Source: Candidatus Eiseniibacteriota bacterium
GTDB taxonomy: Bacteria; Eisenbacteria; RBG-16-71-46; SZUA-252
Reading direction: 5' to 3'
NCBI GenBank assembly: GCA_963703225.1
Contig: OY969801.1
Span: 1,792,001 to 1,856,000 of the forward strand
Length of the DNA stretch: 64,000 bases
Shown here: in pieces, positions 42,679-52,236 of the stretch
Numbering within the stretch: the stretch's first letter is position 1
Layout of the letters: each line of letters begins with the position of its first letter
The notes under the pieces: generated by a model
What the model saw: only the letters and a program-made list of their open reading frames with translations
Database searches by the model: none
What the model was told of the DNA's origin: nothing
Made by a program: the position numbers and the translations under genes

Positions 42679-44742
42679 GTGTTCCGACCCTTTGCTTGCC
42701 GATTCAATCAATTCACCCGCGCATGGATCGTCCCGGTGCTCGTCAGTTTGGCGTTTCTCCTGCCGACTCCCTCGGCCGCCGAGGACTCTTCGGCAACGGC
42801 GCCGCCGGCGTTCTTCACCGGGGCCCCCGATCTGCCGACGTTCCAGTCCGGCGTGGAAGACGAGTTGAAGGCGGCGCAGGCCGCTCTCGATGTCCTCCTC
42901 GCCCAGAAGGGAAAGCGGACCGTCGAGAACACCCTCGTCCGCTACAACGAGATCATGACCCACGCCGAGAACGCGATCTATGAGTCCCATCTCATGGAGT
43001 TGGTCCATCCCGATTCGACCTACCGCGCCCGCGCGGAGGAGCTGACGCAGAAGGCGAGCAAGTTCATCGACGATTTGAGCTTGAACCGGCCGGTCTATGA
43101 CGCCCTGGTCAAGGTGGATCCCAAGAAAGAGGACGCGGCCACCCGGTATTTCTTGTCCAAGACACTCCGAGATTTCCGGCTCGCCGGCGTGGACAAGGAC
43201 GAGCCAACACGGAAGCAGGTATCGGCCCTTCTCGACGAGCTGACCAAGACCGGTCAGGATTTCAGCCGAAATATCCGAGGCGACTCGAGGACCATCCAGG
43301 TCGATGGCGTGGAAGACCTGGCGGGGCTGCCGGAGGACTTCGTCAAATCGCACCCTCCCGGACCCGACGGGAAGATCACGCTGAGCATCGAAAACCCGGA
43401 TTACTTCCCCATCGTCCGGTACGCAACGAACGGCGAGGTCCGCCGCCACCTCATGTACGAAGACCTGAATCGAGGCTACCCGGCCAACATGGCGGTGCTC
43501 GACTCGCTCATCGCCAAGCGCTATCGCGTGGCGCGGATCCTCGGCTACCCCACGTGGGCCGACTACGTGACCGTGGACAAGATGATCGAAACTTCCAAGA
43601 ACGCGTCCGACTTCATCGAGCGCCTCCGCGAGACGACGTTCAAGCGGGCTCAGGAGGAATACGCGCTCTACGTCAAGCGGAAGCAGGAGGACGACCCCAC
43701 GGCGACGCAGGTCAACCGCTGGGAGATGGCCTATTACGGCCGCTTGATCCGGAAGCGCGACTTTGATTTCGATCCCCAGGAAGCCCGGGCGTACTTCCCC
43801 TACGACCTGGTGAAGCAGGGCGTGCTCGACGTGACCTCCAAGATGTTCGGCGTCACGTACAAGAGAATCGAAAACGCGGCGGTCTGGGACCCAAGCGTGG
43901 AGGCTTACGAGGTCTACGACGGATCGAAGCTCCTCGGCCGGTTCTTCTTCGATCTCCACCCGCGCCCCGGGAAGTACAACCATGCGGCCAAATTCACCAT
44001 CCACCAGGGGGTCCGCGGAGTGCAGGTCCCCGAGCACGTGCTGGTCTGCAACTTCCCCGGCGGAAAGCCGGGTGATCCCGGTTTGATGGAGCACTCCGAC
44101 GTCCAGACCTTCTTCCACGAATTCGGACACCTGCTCCACGCGATTCTGGGCGGCCAGGGACGCTGGGAGCCCGTGTCGGGGATCGCGGTCCAGCGCGACT
44201 TCGTGGAGGCGCCGTCCCAAATGCTCGAGGAATGGATCTGGGACGCCAAAGTGCTCCAGACATTCGCGCGCCACTACCAAACCCAGCAGCCGATCCCGAC
44301 CGCACTGGTCGACAAGATGCGCCGCGCCGACGCGTTTGGACGCGCGCTCAACACGGCGACCCAAGCCTACTACTCGGCCATCTCGCTCAACATCTACAAC
44401 ACCACGCCGGACCGGGTGAACACGGATCAGGTCGTCACGAGCCTCGAGCCCCGGTTCACGCCCGTTCCCAGGATGGACAATACCCACATGCAGACGTCGT
44501 TCGGCCACCTCGACGGATATTCGGCCATCTATTACACCTACATGTGGTCGCTGGTGATCGCGAAGGACATGTTCAGTCGGTTCCACAAGGACGATCTGCT
44601 CGAGCCAACGGTGGCGGAGGAGTACCGGGAGGCTGTCCTCGCGCCGGGCGGCACCAAGCCGGCCAAGGAGCTGGTGCGCGATTTTCTGAAGAGGGACTAC
44701 GACTTCAAGGCCTTTGACGCCTGGCTGGCGGGGAAGAACTGA
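42679..44742 (+). CDS. M3 family metallo-oligopeptidase (thimet oligopeptidase-like) with signal peptide
   Basis: FFHEFGHLLH, DFVEAPSQMLEEW, FGHLDGYSAIYYTYMWS; AGGAGG RBS before GTG 42679. Confidence 0.93.
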   Translation: MFRPFACRFNQFTRAWIVPVLVSLAFLLPTPSAAEDSSATAPPAFFTGAPDLPTFQSGVEDELKAAQAALDVLLAQKGKRTVENTLVRYNEIMTHAENAIYESHLMELVHPDSTYRARAEELTQKASKFIDDLSLNRPVYDALVKVDPKKEDAATRYFLSKTLRDFRLAGVDKDEPTRKQVSALLDELTKTGQDFSRNIRGDSRTIQVDGVEDLAGLPEDFVKSHPPGPDGKITLSIENPDYFPIVRYATNGEVRRHLMYEDLNRGYPANMAVLDSLIAKRYRVARILGYPTWADYVTVDKMIETSKNASDFIERLRETTFKRAQEEYALYVKRKQEDDPTATQVNRWEMAYYGRLIRKRDFDFDPQEARAYFPYDLVKQGVLDVTSKMFGVTYKRIENAAVWDPSVEAYEVYDGSKLLGRFFFDLHPRPGKYNHAAKFTIHQGVRGVQVPEHVLVCNFPGGKPGDPGLMEHSDVQTFFHEFGHLLHAILGGQGRWEPVSGIAVQRDFVEAPSQMLEEWIWDAKVLQTFARHYQTQQPIPTALVDKMRRADAFGRALNTATQAYYSAISLNIYNTTPDRVNTDQVVTSLEPRFTPVPRMDNTHMQTSFGHLDGYSAIYYTYMWSLVIAKDMFSRFHKDDLLEPTVAEEYREAVLAPGGTKPAKELVRDFLKRDYDFKAFDAWLAGKN

Positions 44743-44771
44743 CGCGGGCCACGCCCCGCTACAGCAGGCTC

Positions 44772-45197
44772 CTACGGCGCGAGTTTTGCGTCCATCGTAA
44801 TCTTGGCGTTCAGGAGCTTCGATATCGGACATCCGGCCTTGGCCCCGCTGGCCGCCTTCTCGAACGCCGCGCGATCCCCGCCGGGGATCCTCGCCGTCAC
44901 CTCGAGGTGGCTCGCCGTCACCGCGAATCCGCCCTCCACCTTTTCCAGGGTGACATGGGCCGTGGTCCGGATGCTCTCGGGGGTGATCCCCGCTCCACCG
45001 AGCTCGGCGGAGAGAGCCATCGAGAAGCATCCCGCGTGCGCCGCCGCAATCAGCTCCTCTGGATTGGTCCCCTTCCCATTCTCGAAGCGCGTCCCAAAGG
45101 AATAGGCCGCGTTCGAGAGCACCCCGCTCTCCGTCGAGACCGTTCCCTTCCCCTCTTTGAGGCTGCCACGCCACTCGGCGGATCCTTTGCGAATCAT
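44772..45197 (-). CDS. osmC: OsmC family peroxiredoxin
   Basis: [20 protein letters not shown] and [11 protein letters not shown]. Confidence 0.93.
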   Translation of the reverse strand: MIRKGSAEWRGSLKEGKGTVSTESGVLSNAAYSFGTRFENGKGTNPEELIAAAHAGCFSMALSAELGGAGITPESIRTTAHVTLEKVEGGFAVTASHLEVTARIPGGDRAAFEKAASGAKAGCPISKLLNAKITMDAKLAP

Positions 45198-45340
45198 GAT
45201 GCCCTCCTCGCGTTTCGCGGCCTTCCTACACTTGGGAGATCATCGTAGCGCATTCTCCGAATGCGTGAAACCACGGGGACACCTCCGAGCGTGCGCTGGA
45301 CTCGAAGCGTGCGTTCGGATAGCGTGCCAAGTCGCGACCC

Positions 45341-47578
45341 ATGAAGAACAAACGCTCCCGGTCCCAATCCCCCGCGGCGCCGGCGCCTGCTGTGAAGCGT
45401 CGACAAGCCTCTCGGTTCGCTCGCCCCGGTCTCCTTCTGCTCCTCTCCGTCTCCCTGGTCGTTCGTCTCTGGGGAATCACCGACCGCCTCCCCAACCCCT
45501 CCCTCGGGATTCGCGTTTTCGACGACAGCGTGGTGGAAGAGACCGACCGAGTGACGATGGGAATGGCCTGGAGCATGTGGCAGGGTGGGACGGGGCCGAT
45601 CGACCTCAACCCGCATACGGGTGGCTGGCCCGCGCTCAGCGCCTACCTCACCCTCGGGGTTCAAATGTCGTGCGGGGCGTGGTTCGCGGTCACCCACTTG
45701 GGCGCCGGAGCCGCCGCCTTCGCGCGGTACGCGGAAGCCCATTGGGATTCGCTCTTCCTGGCCGCCCGGTGCGTGGGGGTATTGGTCGGCGTCCTGTCGG
45801 TGGCCCTCACGTTCGGGCTCGGCTCGGCCCTGCTCGGCGAGGGCGCGGGGCTCGCCGCCGGCCTACTCCTCGCCCTGAATCCGCTCCACATCCAGACGTC
45901 GCAGCACGTCGGCGATCCCAACCTTCTCGCGCTTCTCTTCGTCCTCATCGCGGCCCGCGCGATCGTCCGCTTGGCGGAGTCCGGCGCCCTTCGCGATTCG
46001 GTGACGGCCGGAGTGGGGATCGGCCTCGCGACGGCCAGCAAGTACGCGCCGATCGTTCTCCTCCCCGTCCTCGTCTTCGCCCACGCCGGCACGGAGGGGC
46101 GGCCCTTCGCGCGGCTCGCGGGGGCCCTGCGAAGCCGAGCGCTCTGGATCGGTATCGCATCGGTCGGGATCGCGTTCTTCATCGCATCGCCGTTCACGGT
46201 CCTGGACTGGAGCACGACCGCACGAGACCTTTCGATCCAGCGCGAGCGGCTCCTCTCCAATTGGGTCGGGGAGACGACCTTCCCGATCTCGCTCCCCTCG
46301 TATCTTCTCAGCGCGCTGCCGAACGCACTCGGCTGGCCTGTCTACCTGCTCAGCCTCGCGGGAATGGTTACGCTTTGGCGATCGGGAAGGGCCGGGAGGT
46401 GGATCGTCGCGATTCCGCTCCTCCTGATACTCGCCAACGGGATGCTTCGGACCGCCCAGGAGCGCTACGTGCTCCCCGCCATGCCGATCTTGGATGTAGC
46501 CGCGTCGGCCGCCTTGCTGACGGCGGGAATCTGGATTTCTGGGCGCGCCAAGGCCACCGGCCGAGCCCGGGCTCTCGCCCCCGCCGCCTTGTTCGTGCTC
46601 GGCGCGGCGTGGCCGCTGCCCGCCTATGTGGCGACACGCGCGTCCCTCGCGTTGCCCGACACGCGCCACGTGGCTCGTGCCTGGATCAACACCCACATCG
46701 ATCCAGCCCTGCCCATGGCTGTCGAGGTCTACGGTCCCTCGTTCAACACACTGAGGCGGAACGAGCGGGCGGCTGTGACGTGGCCCTTTTACGCCACGCT
46801 CGCGCCGCTGGTCCGCCCCGCCTATCACTATTCGTTCCTGGACGGGCTCCGGTACGTCGTTCTATCGAGCGAGGTGTCGCGTCGATTCGAGTCGACGCCC
46901 GGGTCGTACCCCACCGAGGCGGCGTACTACGCCCGGATTCGCGAGCGGACGCAGCTTGTCTGGACGCCCGACTCCACCCTCGCCGCGGGACCGCGAGTCG
47001 AAGTTCGCGCGCTGCCTTCCGCGATCAGCACCCGTTCGGAACGCGACAGCATTTTCGTCCAGCTGCTCCCTCGGCCGAACGGATCGGACCGTCTCGCCCT
47101 CTGGTGCCTCCAGATGGCGCAGCTCTTCGCCGAGAGAAGTGAGTTTGACCGGGTGGAGGAATGGGCGAGCCGGGGCCAGCGCGTCGGTGCCACGTCCTTG
47201 GATGGCGAGCTAGCGGCGACGCTCGCCTACGCCCAGCTCGCCCTGGAGCGCCCAGCCGATGCGGAACGGACCGCGCGCGCCGGCATCGCAGCCGCGCCGG
47301 GGAGCGCCGCGCTCCACCTCTATCTCGGCGTCGCTCTCCGGTCGGCGGGCCGAAACGAGGAAGCGCTCGAATCGTTTCGCCGCGCGTTTGCCCTTTCCCC
47401 GGAACCCGAGGTGAGGGTCTACATGGCCGAAACCCTCGCGGCGCTGGGGCGCCAAGCCGAAGCTGCCGATCTCTACCGGCAGGCAGCCGCCGCGGAACCC
47501 GACCCGGCGCAAGCCGAACGGCTCCGTGATGAGGCGGCGCGGCTGGAAGTGCCCCCCAGCTCGTCGGCGACCCGGTAG
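45341..47578 (+). CDS. ArnT/PMT-like GT-C glycosyltransferase with C-terminal TPR repeats
   Basis: Multi-TM N-terminal half (LALNPLHI, GLATASKYAP, QERYVLP); C-terminal TPR-like helices (HLYLGVAL..GRNEEALESFRRAFALSP). Confidence 0.75.
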   Translation: MKNKRSRSQSPAAPAPAVKRRQASRFARPGLLLLLSVSLVVRLWGITDRLPNPSLGIRVFDDSVVEETDRVTMGMAWSMWQGGTGPIDLNPHTGGWPALSAYLTLGVQMSCGAWFAVTHLGAGAAAFARYAEAHWDSLFLAARCVGVLVGVLSVALTFGLGSALLGEGAGLAAGLLLALNPLHIQTSQHVGDPNLLALLFVLIAARAIVRLAESGALRDSVTAGVGIGLATASKYAPIVLLPVLVFAHAGTEGRPFARLAGALRSRALWIGIASVGIAFFIASPFTVLDWSTTARDLSIQRERLLSNWVGETTFPISLPSYLLSALPNALGWPVYLLSLAGMVTLWRSGRAGRWIVAIPLLLILANGMLRTAQERYVLPAMPILDVAASAALLTAGIWISGRAKATGRARALAPAALFVLGAAWPLPAYVATRASLALPDTRHVARAWINTHIDPALPMAVEVYGPSFNTLRRNERAAVTWPFYATLAPLVRPAYHYSFLDGLRYVVLSSEVSRRFESTPGSYPTEAAYYARIRERTQLVWTPDSTLAAGPRVEVRALPSAISTRSERDSIFVQLLPRPNGSDRLALWCLQMAQLFAERSEFDRVEEWASRGQRVGATSLDGELAATLAYAQLALERPADAERTARAGIAAAPGSAALHLYLGVALRSAGRNEEALESFRRAFALSPEPEVRVYMAETLAALGRQAEAADLYRQAAAAEPDPAQAERLRDEAARLEVPPSSSATR

Positions 47579-47583
47579 GGACC

Positions 47584-48562
47584 GTGGCGAGTTTCCGACG
47601 CTCGATAGCGACCCGTTGGCTGCCGGGAGCCTTGCTGTTGGGGCTGCTCTTGGTCCTCGCGTTTCGCGCGGTCGAGTGGCAGAGATTCTCCGAGCTTCTG
47701 CGGGGAGCCCAGCCCGCGTGGATCGCTCGCCGCGGTCGCGCTCCAGATCTGCACCTACGTTTGCGCGGCTGGAGTCCTCCATCGAGGGGTCCGGGCATCC
47801 GAGGTCCACCGGCCGCTCATTTCGCTCATTCCACTCGGTCTCGCCAAGCTCTTCCTCGACCAAGTGGTGCCCACGGGCGGAATCGGAGGGACGCTGCTTG
47901 TGGTTCGCGCCCTCGAGCGGCGTCGAGTTCCGCTCGGCGTGGCGACCGCGGCGGTCGTCGTCAATACACTGGCGTTCTATGTCGCTTACGCCTCCGTCGT
48001 TCTCGCCGCGCTCGCCGTGCTCTGGTCCCGGGGAAGAATCCATCCGGCGGTTCTCCTGCTCGTCACGATCTTCGCCGTCTATGCCACCGCGGTTCCCGTG
48101 CTCATCCTCTGGCTCGTGTATGGCAAACCCCGGACGGTGCCCGCCTGGATTCGACGAATTCCGGGGTTTGACGTCGCGTTGCGTGGTATCGAGGAAGCAC
48201 CCTCGTCAACGCTTCGGCGGCCTCTGCTCTTTCTGGAGGCGAGCGCGCTTCAAATCGCGATTGTCCTGCTCGATGCCGCGACTCTTCTCGTTCTGATTCG
48301 CTCGTTGGGCCACGAGGTCGCGTTCCCATTGGTATTCACCAGCTTTGTCCTCGCCTCCATGGCCGCTACGATCAGCCTCCTGCCCGGCGGCATCGGATCG
48401 TTTGAGGCGGGCTCGGTGGCATCACTGCTTTCCCTGGGCGTCCCCCTCGAGGTCTCGATCGCGGGCACAATCTTGTTGAGGGGCCTCACCCTCTGGCTGC
48501 CGATGATTCCCGGCGTCTGGTTCGCGCGGCACGAGATGACGCCAGGGAGTTCGGCCGCGTGA
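47584..48562 (+). CDS. Lysylphosphatidylglycerol-synthase TM/flippase-like domain protein; +1 frameshift near 47725
   Basis: DQVVPTGGIGG, LPGGIGSFEAG, LLRGLTLWLPMIPG; N-terminal TM in another frame. Confidence 0.75.
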
Positions 48563-51132
48563 CGGCGGACGAGAGATTGCTTCCTCAGGCCTACTGGAGC
48601 GTCGACGGGGACGCGCTCTACCACGCGCTGGGCTCCGGTCGCGACGGGTTGAGCCCCGATGAGGCGAGAGCCCGGCTCCGGAGCGCGGGCCGAAACGAAA
48701 TCAGCGCGCGACGCGCGGCGGGCCGCCTCGAGATCTTCTTCCGACAGTTCAAGAGTCCGATCGTATTGATCCTGCTCTTCGCCGTCGCCATCTCCTTTGG
48801 CCTCCGCCACTGGTCGGATGCCGGAATCATTCTCGCCATCATTTTCGGGAGCGCGCTCCTGAGCTTTCGCCAGGAGTATCGTGCCGGCGAGGAGGTCCAA
48901 AAGCTCCAGGCCCGAATCTCGCTCCGGGCGACCGTGGTGCGGGGCGGCACGACGGTCACCATTCCGGCCGCGGAGATCGTGCCGGGGGACATCGTGCTCC
49001 TCTCCGCGGGCACCCTGATTCCGGCCGATGGAATCGTCGTGGAGGCGCGCGACTTCTTTCTCAACCAGGCCGAGCTGACGGGCGAGACGTTCCCGGTCGA
49101 ACGAAAGCCCGGGCCGGTCGCCGCGGAGACACCCCTCGGCGGCCGCACGAACTGCGTCTATCTGGGAACGAACGTCCGAAGCGGCACCGCCCGGGCGCTG
49201 GTCACGGGCACCGGTTCGGCGACCGAATTCGGCCGGATCGCGCAGCGGCTCCGCCTTCGTCCTCCGATGACCGCGTTCGAGCACGGAATTCAGCGTCTTG
49301 GATTCCTGCTCACGGAAGTGACGCTGATTCTGGTTCTGGCCGTCTTCGCGATCAACGTCGCCTTCCACCGCCCGGTGCTCGACTCGCTCCTCTTCTCTCT
49401 CGCGCTGGCCGTTGGACTCACGCCCCAGCTCCTGCCCGCGATCATCAATATCACCCTCTCGCGAGGCTCGATCCGGATGGCACGCCACGGCGTCATTGTC
49501 CGCCGCCTCGAATCGATCGAGGAATTTGGCGGCATGGACGTCCTTTGCACGGACAAGACCGGAACGATCACCGAGGGTACGGTTCGGCTCGATCGCGCGG
49601 TCGACCCGGCGGGCCTCCCCTCGGAGGAAACCCTGCGGCTGGCTGCGTGGAACGCCCGCTTTCAAACGGGCCTCCAGAACCCGCTCGACGAAGCGATCCT
49701 CGCGGCGTCGGCTTCGAGGGAGGAGCCCGGGACCACCGGCTCGGGCGATGTCCAGAAGCTGGACGAGATTCCCTACGACTTCCACCGCAAGTGTCTCAGC
49801 GTCGTGGTGAGCCACGACGCCCAGCCTCTTCTCGTGATGAAGGGCGCCGTGGCAAACGTGCTTTCGAAATGCTCGAGAATCTTGGAGAACGGTGAGGAGG
49901 TTCCCCTCCGTAGTCCCCGCCTCGAGGCGTTGAACCAAGCCTATCTCGAGTGGAGCGGACAGGGCATCCGCACCCTCGCGATCGCGACCAAGGCCGTGCC
50001 CGGCCGCGACGTCTATGGCCGCGACGAGGAGACAGAGATGACGTTCCGCGGCTTTCTGCTCTTTCTCGATCCGCCCAAAGCCGGCGTTCGAGAGACCCTG
50101 GCCGATCTCAAGTCCCTTGGGGTGGAGGTCAAGATCATCACCGGCGACAACATGCTGGTGGCCAAGCACACGGCGGAGGCGATCGGACTTCCGACTACGG
50201 AAATCCTGACGGGCTCGGACCTGGACCGCATGCGCGACGAGGCGCTCTGGAACGCCGCCGACCGAGCCTCGATCTTCGCGGAGATCGAGCCGAACCAAAA
50301 GGAGCGGATCATTCTCGCGCTCCGGAAGATGGGTCGGGTGGTCGGGTACATGGGAGACGGGATCAACGACGCGCCCGCTCTGCATGCCGCGAACCTCGGA
50401 ATCTCGGTCGAGCAGGCCGTGGACGTCGCCAAGGAAGCCGCCGACTTCGTCCTCCTGTCCAAGGACTTGCGCGTGCTCCACGAGGGCATCTTGGAAGGGC
50501 GGACGACCTTCGCGAATACCCTGAAGTACGTCTTCATGGCCACGAGCGCGAACTTTGGGAACATGTTCAGCATGGCCGGGGCGTCGCTTTTCCTCCCGTT
50601 TCTCCCGATGCTCCCCAAGCAGATTCTGCTCATCAACCTGCTGACCGATCTCCCGGAGATGGCGATCGCGGGAGACCGGGTCGATCCTGAGTTCCTGGAG
50701 CGGCCGCACCGGTGGGATGTCGGGTTCGTTCGCCGGTTCATGCTGGTGTTCGGCAGCCTGAGCAGCCTGTTCGACTTCCTGACGTTCGGCGTCCTCGTCG
50801 CGGTGCTCCACGCCGGACAGGCTCAATTCCACACAGGGTGGTTTGTCGAGTCGGTCGTCTCCGCCACCCTCATCATCTTCGCGGTCCGCTCGCGGCTCCC
50901 GTTCCATCGAAGCCGCCCCAGCCGCACCATGGCCTTGATTGCCCTCGCGGTCGTCCTGGCGACGCTCCTGCTTCCCTACTCTCCACTCGCGCGGCCGCTC
51001 GGCTTCGCGCCGGTGCCACTGGCCATCCAGGCGTCCATCGCGGGGATCGTCGTCCTCTATTTCCTCGCGGCGGAGGGGGTCAAGCGACTCTTCTACCGCC
51101 GGGAGCTTGGGGCGCCGCCCCGATCGGTCTGA
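48559..51132 (+). CDS. mgtA: Magnesium-translocating P-type ATPase
   Basis: LTGETFP, AVGLTPQLLP, CTDKTGT, TGDN, GDGINDAPAL, SANFGNMFS, FHTGWFVES. Confidence 0.9.
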   Translation: MTADERLLPQAYWSVDGDALYHALGSGRDGLSPDEARARLRSAGRNEISARRAAGRLEIFFRQFKSPIVLILLFAVAISFGLRHWSDAGIILAIIFGSALLSFRQEYRAGEEVQKLQARISLRATVVRGGTTVTIPAAEIVPGDIVLLSAGTLIPADGIVVEARDFFLNQAELTGETFPVERKPGPVAAETPLGGRTNCVYLGTNVRSGTARALVTGTGSATEFGRIAQRLRLRPPMTAFEHGIQRLGFLLTEVTLILVLAVFAINVAFHRPVLDSLLFSLALAVGLTPQLLPAIINITLSRGSIRMARHGVIVRRLESIEEFGGMDVLCTDKTGTITEGTVRLDRAVDPAGLPSEETLRLAAWNARFQTGLQNPLDEAILAASASREEPGTTGSGDVQKLDEIPYDFHRKCLSVVVSHDAQPLLVMKGAVANVLSKCSRILENGEEVPLRSPRLEALNQAYLEWSGQGIRTLAIATKAVPGRDVYGRDEETEMTFRGFLLFLDPPKAGVRETLADLKSLGVEVKIITGDNMLVAKHTAEAIGLPTTEILTGSDLDRMRDEALWNAADRASIFAEIEPNQKERIILALRKMGRVVGYMGDGINDAPALHAANLGISVEQAVDVAKEAADFVLLSKDLRVLHEGILEGRTTFANTLKYVFMATSANFGNMFSMAGASLFLPFLPMLPKQILLINLLTDLPEMAIAGDRVDPEFLERPHRWDVGFVRRFMLVFGSLSSLFDFLTFGVLVAVLHAGQAQFHTGWFVESVVSATLIIFAVRSRLPFHRSRPSRTMALIALAVVLATLLLPYSPLARPLGFAPVPLAIQASIAGIVVLYFLAAEGVKRLFYRRELGAPPRSV

Positions 51133-51144
51133 TAGAATCAACCC

Positions 51145-51960
51145 ATGGACGATCGGGTCGTTGTCATCACCGGAGCGAGCGGCGGCATCGGCGCCGCGGT
51201 GGCCCGCGCCGTGGCGAGAGCGGGTGGCAGGCCGGTCCTCGCCGCACGGCGCGACAAGGAGCTGCGCGAGGCGGCCGCCGCGTGCGGTGGTGAGGCGCTC
51301 GCCGTCGTCGCCGACGTGACCCGCCGGCAGGACGTCGAGCGGATCCTCGACCAGGCGATCGAACGATTCGGCCGGGTCGACGTCTGGATCAACAACGCCG
51401 GCCGTGGGATCAGCCGACCGGTCGCCGAGCTGACCGACGCGGAGTTCGACGAGATGATGCTCGTGAACGTCAAGTCGGCGCTCTACGGAATGCAGGCCGC
51501 GCTCCCCCACTTCGAGTCGCGCGGCCGCGGACATATCATCAACATCTCCTCCATGCTCGGCCGCGTGCCCTTCGCGCCGATTCGCTCGGCCTACTGCGCC
51601 GCCAAGCACGCGCTCAATTCCTTGACCGCCAGCCTGCGCATGGACCTCCGCGCGTCCTTTCCAAACATCCATGTCTCCACGGTATCCCCCGGCGTGGTCG
51701 CCACCGAGTTCGGCATCCACGCGCTGGGCGGTGGGATCGATTCACGGCAAATGCCGATGGCCCAGTCGGTCGACGAGGTGGCCGAGGTGGTTCTCGGCGT
51801 GATCGAGAATCCGCGGGCCGATGTCTACACGCTGCCTGGAATGCGAGAGCGGGTCGCGGCGTACTTCGCGGCGGAGGACATGGCGGCCGCCGAAGCGAGC
51901 CTCCAAGGCCCCCCCGGCGTGCCGATCCCCCAGACCGCGGCGGCCAGGCCGAAATCCTAG
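51145..51960 (+). CDS. Short-chain dehydrogenase/reductase
   Basis: ITGASGGIG, NNAG, YCAAK. Confidence 0.92.
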   Translation: MDDRVVVITGASGGIGAAVARAVARAGGRPVLAARRDKELREAAAACGGEALAVVADVTRRQDVERILDQAIERFGRVDVWINNAGRGISRPVAELTDAEFDEMMLVNVKSALYGMQAALPHFESRGRGHIINISSMLGRVPFAPIRSAYCAAKHALNSLTASLRMDLRASFPNIHVSTVSPGVVATEFGIHALGGGIDSRQMPMAQSVDEVAEVVLGVIENPRADVYTLPGMRERVAAYFAAEDMAAAEASLQGPPGVPIPQTAAARPKS

Positions 51961-52207
51961 GACATCATCTCTTGACAGTGGTCTCCCCGGAGTAGCCTCT
52001 TTAGACGGGGGGCAGGTAGTCCCTCCGTTTACTTCTGCCGTTTCCAACCCGGGCAAGCGGGTCCAGCCTTCGCGCCAGCGGACAAGTCATCGCCACCGCT
52101 GTGACATCCTTCCTTGACACTCGGTCGGGCGGGAGTAGCATTTTCATCTGGGGGGCAGCTTCAAGCCCACGCATTACTCCTAGCACTTCTCAGCCCGGGC
52201 AAGCGGG
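51961..52207 (+). repeat. Imperfect tandem duplication of a ~100-nt non-coding element (period ~143 nt)
   Basis: Shared blocks GACATC, CTTGACA, GGAGTAGC, GGGGGGCAG, TTACTYCT and CCCGGGCAAGCGGG, colinear at 51961-52061 and 52103-52207. Confidence 0.75.
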
Positions 52208-52236
52208 CTCCGCAAGACCATCGAAAAGGAGTCTCC

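Noticed and set aside
52048..52207. CCCGGGCAA repeats as att-site copies of the tRNA-Leu 3' end
   Set aside because: Match is only ~9 nt, inverted relative to the tRNA, and no integrase is present
51961..52207. Repeat pair as a CRISPR array or a confident yybP-ykoY riboswitch
   Set aside because: Only two degenerate copies, no identical repeats with unique spacers and no cas genes; yybP core motifs are incomplete, especially in copy 1
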